Sequence record: SRR20825006_1572
Reading direction: 5' to 3' (one strand)
Length of the DNA stretch: 38,882 nucleotides
Made by a program: the position numbers and the translations under genes. Within the stretch, counting starts at the first letter, position 1. Each line of letters begins with the position of its first letter. The notes under the pieces were generated by a model that saw only the letters and a program-made list of their open reading frames with translations, ran no database searches and was not told the origin of the DNA. Shown here one piece after another: positions 27,373 through 35,003 of the stretch.

Positions 27373-30300
27373 ATGATGAACTCTCGTTCGCATCTGATTT
27401 TTGGCTGCCTCTTTCTGCTGTTCGTTTGGTCTGTTCCGAAAACGGGCTGGGCTGACGGCGAATCCGATCTGAAAGAGCAGGTGGCTCGTCCAAACATCCT
27501 GTTCGTGTTGACGGATGATCATCGGGTGGACTGTTTGTCGAGCACGAGCGACGGTTTGATCAGCACGCCCAACTTGCAGCGAATTTGCGAGCAGGGCACG
27601 CGATTCGAAAACGCATTTGCTGTTCTGGCGATTTGTTCCCCCAGTCGTGCCGCTTGCTTGACAGGGCAATATGGGAGTGTCAATGGAGTCACTTCTATCG
27701 GCAACGTGAGTCTTCGATCCCCAGCGTCAACGTTTGCAACGAAGTTGCGTGATTCAGGATATTTGACGGCTGTCACCGGGAAGTGGCATCTCAAGACAAC
27801 TCCCGAAGAAGCTGGTTTTCAGTTCGCGTCGGTATGCTATTCCAATGGGCCATGGTACGACCGTCAGTTCAACGTCGAAGGCGTGTCCCAGAAAATGCCT
27901 GGGTTTGTTGATGACGTGACAGCAGATGAGTCCATCCGATTCATGCGTCAAGCGAAGCAGCAGCAGAAGCCGTTTGTGATGTTGATGAACACTCAGGTCC
28001 CACACATGGATCATCGACACACTTGGCCGGTCGAAGAATCGTTTCTGGCGAAGTATGAACCTGGGAAGATGCCTTTGCCTACCACCTGGAACGATGACCT
28101 GAAGGGCAAGCCGGAGTACTTGAAGAGCTCACGCAATCGAATCCAAGCAGAGAAGTATGGATACCAAAACCCAAACAAAATTCGCGAACACACTCGTGAT
28201 TACTACGCCAGTGTCGAGCAGATGGACCAAGCCGTTGGCCGAGTGATCGACGAACTGAAACAACTCGGAATTCGCGAAAACACCTGGATTGTTTTGATGG
28301 GTGACAACGGTTGGTTCCTCGGCGAACACGGCATGACGAGCAAGGTCTTGGCATACGAGGAGTCGATGCGAATTCCGATGGCAATTTCTGGTCCGGGAGT
28401 CAAACAGCAGGTCGCTCACGAGATGGTGCTGAACGTTGACGTGGCAGCCACCATTCTTGATATCGCAGGTGTGGAATCTCGTGATGAGCAGCAAGGACGC
28501 AGCCTGTTGCCGATCGCTCATGGAAAGACGCCCACCGATTGGCGGACCAGCTTTTTGTACGAAGCACCCACGCCTCAATTGGGGAGCCAACCTCTTTGGG
28601 CGATTCGCGATCACACACAGAAATTGATTCGCACAGAGGCCAAGGAGGGAAAGATTTGGGAGGAGCTTTACGACCTGGAAAAGGACCCTGTCGAACAGTT
28701 CAATCTGGTTTCGGACCCAGCGTACCGTGACACTCTCGAGGACTTGCGATCTCAGTTGAAGCGGCAGCGGTCGAGCATGGAAGCATCCGCAAATCGATGG
28801 GAGGAAACACTTGTTTCCAAGCCGGCGACTCCGCAGAGTGATGAGTCCGTTGTCAGCGATGCCTCGAAATCCATTCGGACGGATCTGTTCATCAGTGGCG
28901 TTCGCCCGCACCTGACGACGTATGGCATCTACAGCCAAAACGGGGCGCATCTGAAGTCGGGACACAATGAGTGTGGGATCGGAGCGATTGTGCCGTGGGC
29001 CGGGAAGCTTTGGATGGTCAATTATGCACCGCACATGCCGCGCGGCAGCGAACACAAATTGTTCTCCGTCGAATCTGATCTGACCAAGCCCCTGAATGTG
29101 CATCCCGAAAGCGTCGGTGGAACACCGGCGGGGCGAATGATTCACGAAGAGTCGCAGCAGTTGCTGATCGGGCATCACTTGATCGATGCCAAAGGCAAGG
29201 TGCGAACGATTTCTCCCAGCGACATGCCGATGCGAGTGACGGCGATCACGCGGCATCTGAAAGATCCCGAGAACATGGTGTACTACATCGACATGGAGGG
29301 ATCCATTTGGGAAGCCAACGTGCATTCGTTGGAGGTCAAGCGGTTGTTCAAAAAGCCCGTTCCGGGATGGCATGGAAAGGGCGGCTACACCTCGCAAGGA
29401 CGTTTGGTGATTTCCAACAACGGGGAATTGCACGTTGGTGATTACAAAGATGTTTTGGTTGGTGGCGAAGCCAAGGACGAAGAAGAGCGTGGGGTGTTGG
29501 CGGAGTGGGATGGCGAGACATGGCGGATCGTTGAGCGTCGGCAATACACCGAAGTCACTGGACCCAAGGGCGTCACGGGCGGCAGTGATGGAAATGAGCC
29601 GATTTGGTCGATGGGCTGGGATCGACGAAGCGTTCGTTTGAAGTTGTTGGAGAACGGAACATGGCACACTTATCTGCTGCCCAAGGCTGCCTATTGCAAT
29701 GATGCCAGTCATGGTTGGTACACCGAATGGCCGCGGATCCGCGAGATCACAGACGGACGTTGGATGATGGACATGCACGGCATGTTCTTTGATTTTCCGA
29801 AGGGGTTTTCGGCGACCAATTCCAAAGGCTTGCGCCCCATCGGAAGCCATCTCCGCTACGTTCCTGATTTTTGTGCTTGGAACGATCAGTTGGTGCTGGC
29901 AACGGATGAAACCAGTGTTCAAGGCAATCCTTTGGCGGGCCAACCACAGAGCAATTTGTGGTTCGGTGACTACCAGGATCTGAAGACTTGGGGGCCCGCG
30001 TCAGCTTACGGTGGCCCATGGATTGATGATGAAGTGAACGCGGATCAGTGGTCGGATCCATTCCTCGTCGACGGTTTCCAAACAAGAACGTTGTATCTGG
30101 CGGTTGGCCAGTTGAAATCGAAGCCGGTGGTCGCCTTGCGAGCGACGGATCAGCAAGCGATCACATCGATGCCCGAGAAGCTGAGCGTACTTCCGACCGT
30201 GACGGTGCGACGTGGCAATTGGACTCGGCCGGCAAACGGATATGCCTTTGAAGTCGATCAGCCCGTTACGGTTTACTTGGCCGTGGATCATCGAGGTGAC

Positions 30301-31665
30301 CCGCCCATGTCATCGGAATGGCAGTTGACGCAGATGGAAGTCCGGTGGGGCAATGGGCACCGTGATCGCGTTTACAAACGTTCGTTCCCAGCAGGGAAAA
30401 TCTCCATTCCTGCGAATGAAACCGAGCACACACCCGGATCGTTTGGGATGCCGCACACCGCGTTCGTCGAAGGCAACGCAGCGGTGAAAATGATTCGAGG
30501 TGAAGGAGCGACGTTGAACAAACCGCAAGCTTCGCAGCAATCCAAGAAATTCGCGGTGCCTGCAGATTCGTCGGTTCAGTTCACCATGCAAATCGATCCC
30601 AATGGAACGAACGAGTGGGTTGATTTTCGCGAATTTTCGGTGGCTGGTGGAGACAGCATGGTGGAGATACTTCCCGAAGAGTTGGAGGCTGTTTGGGTAC
30701 GGTTCAAAACGGATCGTGATTGCATCGCGACGGTGTTCTTGCATCAAACATCCGCCTATCCAAATCAGCAGCGTCACGAGGAACTGTTTGCTGGATTGGC
30801 CGACGTGGATGATTCGCAAGCCGTTGAAGCACTGGTCTATCCCGCTCAACGCAGTCGTGATTTGCGGTTGCTGACGGCTGATGGAAAGGCATTTGAATTC
30901 ACAAAGGACGGCTTCCAATTTGAGTCGGATGAATTTGATTCGAAGTTGTCCGAGAAGTTGGAAGTGGAACCGGAGTTCACGGTGGATGAAGCTTCCGTCA
31001 TCCTTCGATATCAGGGAAGAAATTATCGACTGCCCAAGGGCGACGAGATCTATGACAAGCCCTTTGAATCGGGGTGGCCTCGCGCGCTGCGAGAAGTGGA
31101 GTCAGAACGCACGATCGCGAATATTCATGGGACGTTTTATGAAGTGCCATTGGTGATCAATGGTGCTCCGCCGGCTTGGAATTTGATTCGCCCGGTGTCG
31201 AGTCATGGAAAGCGGATCTCGGACTATTGTTCCTGGAACGGATTGTTGGTGCTGAGTGGTATCAAGCAAGACGCAGCGGCGAGCGAGCATGTGTTTCGTG
31301 ATTCGGCATCAGGCATGGGACTGTGGTTTGGTGGAGTGGACGACCTTTGGAAGTTTGGCAAACCGGTCGGACACGGGGGCCCCTGGAAAAACACCGACGT
31401 CCGGGCGGGGAAACCGTCGGATGCCTATCTGATGCGGGACTACGACAAGAAAGTGCTGACACTGTCGCACACCGACACGACTCCGGTAACGATGACCGTG
31501 GAAGTGGACTTGGACGGCGAAGGTCGGTGGATCCCGGTGAGGGAATTGGTTGTGCCCGCCGGAAGCACGGTCCGGCACGAGTTTCCGGTTGGTTTCTCTG
31601 CCTGCTGGGCACGTGTCGTCAGCGATTCCGACACGACTGCGACGGCGATGTTCGACTATCGGTGA
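27373..31665 (+). CDS. Secreted formylglycine-type sulfatase fused to a ~950-aa domain of unknown function
   Basis: Signal peptide, RPNILFVLTDD, CSPSRAACLTG (CxPxR), GKWH, GDNG, YEESMRIPM, ELYDLEKDP, then a large internally duplicated region. Start placed downstream of the promoter motif; the ORF extends to 27262. Confidence 0.85.
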   Translation: MMNSRSHLIFGCLFLLFVWSVPKTGWADGESDLKEQVARPNILFVLTDDHRVDCLSSTSDGLISTPNLQRICEQGTRFENAFAVLAICSPSRAACLTGQYGSVNGVTSIGNVSLRSPASTFATKLRDSGYLTAVTGKWHLKTTPEEAGFQFASVCYSNGPWYDRQFNVEGVSQKMPGFVDDVTADESIRFMRQAKQQQKPFVMLMNTQVPHMDHRHTWPVEESFLAKYEPGKMPLPTTWNDDLKGKPEYLKSSRNRIQAEKYGYQNPNKIREHTRDYYASVEQMDQAVGRVIDELKQLGIRENTWIVLMGDNGWFLGEHGMTSKVLAYEESMRIPMAISGPGVKQQVAHEMVLNVDVAATILDIAGVESRDEQQGRSLLPIAHGKTPTDWRTSFLYEAPTPQLGSQPLWAIRDHTQKLIRTEAKEGKIWEELYDLEKDPVEQFNLVSDPAYRDTLEDLRSQLKRQRSSMEASANRWEETLVSKPATPQSDESVVSDASKSIRTDLFISGVRPHLTTYGIYSQNGAHLKSGHNECGIGAIVPWAGKLWMVNYAPHMPRGSEHKLFSVESDLTKPLNVHPESVGGTPAGRMIHEESQQLLIGHHLIDAKGKVRTISPSDMPMRVTAITRHLKDPENMVYYIDMEGSIWEANVHSLEVKRLFKKPVPGWHGKGGYTSQGRLVISNNGELHVGDYKDVLVGGEAKDEEERGVLAEWDGETWRIVERRQYTEVTGPKGVTGGSDGNEPIWSMGWDRRSVRLKLLENGTWHTYLLPKAAYCNDASHGWYTEWPRIREITDGRWMMDMHGMFFDFPKGFSATNSKGLRPIGSHLRYVPDFCAWNDQLVLATDETSVQGNPLAGQPQSNLWFGDYQDLKTWGPASAYGGPWIDDEVNADQWSDPFLVDGFQTRTLYLAVGQLKSKPVVALRATDQQAITSMPEKLSVLPTVTVRRGNWTRPANGYAFEVDQPVTVYLAVDHRGDPPMSSEWQLTQMEVRWGNGHRDRVYKRSFPAGKISIPANETEHTPGSFGMPHTAFVEGNAAVKMIRGEGATLNKPQASQQSKKFAVPADSSVQFTMQIDPNGTNEWVDFREFSVAGGDSMVEILPEELEAVWVRFKTDRDCIATVFLHQTSAYPNQQRHEELFAGLADVDDSQAVEALVYPAQRSRDLRLLTADGKAFEFTKDGFQFESDEFDSKLSEKLEVEPEFTVDEASVILRYQGRNYRLPKGDEIYDKPFESGWPRALREVESERTIANIHGTFYEVPLVINGAPPAWNLIRPVSSHGKRISDYCSWNGLLVLSGIKQDAAASEHVFRDSASGMGLWFGGVDDLWKFGKPVGHGGPWKNTDVRAGKPSDAYLMRDYDKKVLTLSHTDTTPVTMTVEVDLDGEGRWIPVRELVVPAGSTVRHEFPVGFSACWARVVSDSDTTATAMFDYR

Positions 31666-31732
31666 GCGGCAAATCGTGTCGGTGGAAATGCCGGTGAAGG
31701 CGTTCACGCGAGAAGTTGCGGCACTTTTTGTG

Positions 31733-31761
31733 TTGACGACCATGGGAATGACCGATATCGT
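31733..31761 (+). promoter_or_regulatory. Sigma70-type promoter of the ars genes
   Basis: TTGACG (31733-38) - 17 nt - TATCGT (31756-61). Confidence 0.6.
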
Positions 31762-31763
31762 TA

Positions 31764-31853
31764 ATCGTAGATCGGCGATATGGAAGGGCGAGTTAACTGA
31801 TTCGCCCGTTCCTTCGTCCTTCTATTTACCTATCTATATCGTCTAGCGGCGAT
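31764..31853. promoter_or_regulatory. Two imperfect palindromes ATCGT-N6-GCGAT, candidate ArsR-family operators
   Basis: ATCGTAGATCGGCGAT 31764-31779, just after the -10 box, and ATCGTCTAGCGGCGAT 31838-31853. Confidence 0.6.
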
Positions 31854-31877
31854 TGGCGATCTGCAGAGGAAGAAACA

Positions 31878-32246
31878 ATGAGTCACGTTCAAATTTATGA
31901 CCGAGCCATGTGTTGCAGCACCGGCGTTTGCGGGCCTCAGGTGGATGAAACGTTGCCAAGGTTCGCAGCCGATTTGGATTGGCTGAAACAACAAGGTCAC
32001 CGTGTTGATCGATTCAATTTAGCGCAGGAACCAGCCGAGTTTGCTGGCAACGCGACCGTGCAGCAGATGTTGAGCGAAGAAGGTGTCGAGTGTTTGCCTT
32101 TGGTTCTAGTTGATGGCCGAATCGTTAGTCGCAGTGGCTATCCTTCGCGAGAGAATCTGGCGTTGTGGACGGCAACGAAGACGCAAATGAAGCCCATGCT
32201 GCCAACGGCGGATGGTGGATGCTGCGGCGGTTCGAGTTGCTGCTGA
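31878..32246 (+). CDS. arsD: Arsenite metallochaperone ArsD
   Basis: YDRAMCCSTGVCGPQVD, FAADLDWL, RFNLAQEP, LPLVLVDG, YPSRENLA, C-terminal CCGGSSCC. GAGG RBS. Confidence 0.96.
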   Translation: MSHVQIYDRAMCCSTGVCGPQVDETLPRFAADLDWLKQQGHRVDRFNLAQEPAEFAGNATVQQMLSEEGVECLPLVLVDGRIVSRSGYPSRENLALWTATKTQMKPMLPTADGGCCGGSSCC

Positions 32247-32308
32247 TCTTGTCTGACGATCCATCGAACCGATGGCCAATCAATTCCTTCTTTTAGCGGT
32301 CCACAGTC

Positions 32309-34090
32309 ATGCACTATCTCGAATCACCGACTCGCAATTTGTTCTTCACGGGCAAAGGAGGCGTTGGCAAAACGTCCATGGCTTGTGCCACCGCGGTTCG
32401 TTTGGCGGATCGAGGCCGGCGCGTTTTGCTCGTGTCGACCGACCCTGCGTCAAACTTGGACGAAGTCCTCGGCGTGACGCTGAGTAACAAGCCGACATCC
32501 GTTCCGGCGGTGGACAACCTTTCGGCGATGAACATTGATCCGGAGCAGGCGGCGGCGGAGTATCGCGAGCGAATGGTGGGGCCGTATCGAGGTGTTTTGC
32601 CGGAGGCTGCTGTTCAGAGCATGGAAGAACAGTTCTCGGGATCGTGCACGGTGGAGATCGCTGCTTTCGACGAATTCGCCAGACTGTTGGGCGACGAAAA
32701 CGCGACGAAAGACTTTGATCACATCGTTTTTGACACCGCGCCGACCGGACACACGTTGCGGTTGTTGACGTTGCCATCAGCTTGGTCGGGATTCATGGAT
32801 GACAACACGTCCGGAACGTCGTGTCTGGGACCGCTGGCAGGTTTGCAAAAGCAGCAAGCGATCTACCATTCGACGGTGGAGTCCCTTGGCGATTCATCTC
32901 GCACAACGTTGGTGTTGGTGACGCGACCGGAAGCGTCCACGCTTCGGGAGGCTGATCGAACCAGCGGCGAACTGAGGGAGCTCGGCGTCGAAAACCAAGC
33001 CTTGGTGATCAACGGAACCTTCGAGGCACAAGACAAATCAGATCCGATTGCCAACGCGATGGAACAACGGTGCAAAGAAGCGTTGATGGCGATGCCCAAC
33101 GGGCTCGCTCAACTGCAACGCACGGTTGTGCCTTTGGCACCTCATGGATTGGTTGGTATTGACGCTCTACGTCTGCTCGGGAGAACTGAACCGAACGGGG
33201 AGATGGCCAGGAACGAGATTGCCGGTGAAGAGCGAGTTTCGATCTTGGAGGCATTGCCGGCATCCGCTTTGATTGATCAGTTGGCGACTCAGCAACACGG
33301 CGTGATCATGACGATGGGCAAAGGTGGCGTCGGTAAAACAACCATCGCTGCTGCGGTTGCCGTGGCACTTGCCGAACGCGGCTTGAAGGTTCATTTGTCG
33401 ACCACCGATCCGGCCGCACACGTGAGCGCGACCTTGGCCGCTGAAGAGTTGAGCGGTTTGACAATCAGTCGGATTGATCCCGCCGAAGTGACCGAGGCTT
33501 ATCGACAAGAAGTCTTGCGGACCGCGGGAGATGGTTTGGATGAACAAGGGCGAGCGTTGTTGGAAGAGGATCTTCGTTCTCCTTGCACGGAAGAGATCGC
33601 CGTGTTTCGAGCGTTCGCCGATGCCGTGGCGGAAGGCGAGGATGGCTTTGTCGTTCTCGACACCGCGCCTACCGGTCACACGATTCTTCTGTTGGATTCG
33701 GCACTTGCATATCATCGCGAAGTTTCGCGGCAGACCAACGAGGTGCCTGAAAGCGTTCGGGAATTATTGCCACGCTTGCGAGATTCAGATTTCACGCGGG
33801 TGTTGGTGGTGACTTTGCCCGAGTCGACCCCGGTGCATGAAGCTCAGCGGTTGCAACAGGATTTGCGGCGAGCAGAGATCGAGCCGTTTGCTTGGGTGGT
33901 CAATCAATCGCTTAGTCCGTTGGTTGTCAAGGATCCGATTCTGGTTGGGCGTCAACAAAACGAGGAGCCTTACCTGCGTGAGGTATTCACTCAGCACGCG
34001 AAGCAAGCGGTGATCATTCCCTGGCAACTTGACCCGCCAATCGGAATCGAAGGTTTGCGGGAGTTGACCGCAGACAAGGCTTCTTGCTAA
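32309..34090 (+). CDS. arsA: Arsenite-stimulated ATPase ArsA
   Basis: Two GKGGVGKT P-loops, two DTAPTGHT motifs, metalloid-binding Cys in SGSCT, TSCLGP and SPCTEE. Confidence 0.97.
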   Translation: MHYLESPTRNLFFTGKGGVGKTSMACATAVRLADRGRRVLLVSTDPASNLDEVLGVTLSNKPTSVPAVDNLSAMNIDPEQAAAEYRERMVGPYRGVLPEAAVQSMEEQFSGSCTVEIAAFDEFARLLGDENATKDFDHIVFDTAPTGHTLRLLTLPSAWSGFMDDNTSGTSCLGPLAGLQKQQAIYHSTVESLGDSSRTTLVLVTRPEASTLREADRTSGELRELGVENQALVINGTFEAQDKSDPIANAMEQRCKEALMAMPNGLAQLQRTVVPLAPHGLVGIDALRLLGRTEPNGEMARNEIAGEERVSILEALPASALIDQLATQQHGVIMTMGKGGVGKTTIAAAVAVALAERGLKVHLSTTDPAAHVSATLAAEELSGLTISRIDPAEVTEAYRQEVLRTAGDGLDEQGRALLEEDLRSPCTEEIAVFRAFADAVAEGEDGFVVLDTAPTGHTILLLDSALAYHREVSRQTNEVPESVRELLPRLRDSDFTRVLVVTLPESTPVHEAQRLQQDLRRAEIEPFAWVVNQSLSPLVVKDPILVGRQQNEEPYLREVFTQHAKQAVIIPWQLDPPIGIEGLRELTADKASC

Positions 34091-34149
34091 GACAGAATCT
34101 TGTTTGACGATTCGATTCAGGCAAGGCATACCGACAGGCGACCAATTCA

Positions 34150-34884
34150 ATGAGCAGCGACGAGCTGGATCGAGATGGATTCCAGATTCTTCGCGGCGCG
34201 GTGCCGAGGTCGATGGTTGAGCATCTGCTGGATGTTTGCACTCAGACTTTGATTCAGGAGTCAGAGTCTGTTCGGGCTCGGTCCAGTCGCGGTCATGTGT
34301 ACGCGGCTCGCAATTTGATCGGCAGCATTCCCGAGGTGACGACGGTTTGGCAATGCGAACCGTTGATTGACTTTTTGAAGAAGCAACTCGGTGATGAGTT
34401 GGGATTGGTACGGGCTTTGTTTTTTGACAAGCCGCCCGATCGGACTTGGGCGTTGCCATGGCACAAAGACACATCCGTTGCGGTTGAAGACAACGCAGTG
34501 GATTCCAATTGTTTCTCTCGTCCGACCGTCAAGGCAGGAGTCCCTCACTTCATCGCAGCGGACGACGTGTTGCGACAGATGCTGACACTTCGGATTCATC
34601 TGGACGAAGTGACGAATGAGAATGGTCCACTGCGAGTGATTCCCGGTTCGCACCATTCAAGCGACAGCGATGGGGAAGATGTCAGTGCCGCCATGTCAAT
34701 TCTCGCGAAGGCGGGCGACGTGTTGGCAATGAGACCCTTGCTCAGTCATTGCAGTGGCTCATCCCAGCCGGGCACGCGGCGGCACCGGCGAATTCTGCAT
34801 TTGGAATTTGCCGAATCGAGGGGTCTACCAGACGGCGTGAAGTGGCATGACTTCGTCGCACCAACGTCTGCGAGTGGCTGTTAG
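34150..34884 (+). CDS. Phytanoyl-CoA dioxygenase (PhyH) family Fe(II)/2-oxoglutarate dioxygenase
   Basis: LDRDGF, FFDKPP, WHKD (HxD), RIHLD...NGPLRVIPGSH, GDVLAMRPLLSH, RRILH. Confidence 0.88.
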   Translation: MSSDELDRDGFQILRGAVPRSMVEHLLDVCTQTLIQESESVRARSSRGHVYAARNLIGSIPEVTTVWQCEPLIDFLKKQLGDELGLVRALFFDKPPDRTWALPWHKDTSVAVEDNAVDSNCFSRPTVKAGVPHFIAADDVLRQMLTLRIHLDEVTNENGPLRVIPGSHHSSDSDGEDVSAAMSILAKAGDVLAMRPLLSHCSGSSQPGTRRHRRILHLEFAESRGLPDGVKWHDFVAPTSASGC

Positions 34885-35003
34885 CTGGATAAGGTCACCC
34901 CAGCAGCTGACGTGCAGGAGAGATCCTGCTTGGTCGTTTCGACGCGGATCGGCAATGAGTTGGTTGCCCGGACTTCTGCACCGAGTGGACGCGTCTCGCT
35001 TGG

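Noticed and set aside
28129-29943. 604-aa ORF on the minus strand
   Set aside because: It lies fully antisense to the sulfatase fusion and has no recognisable motifs. This is a typical shadow ORF of GC-rich coding DNA.
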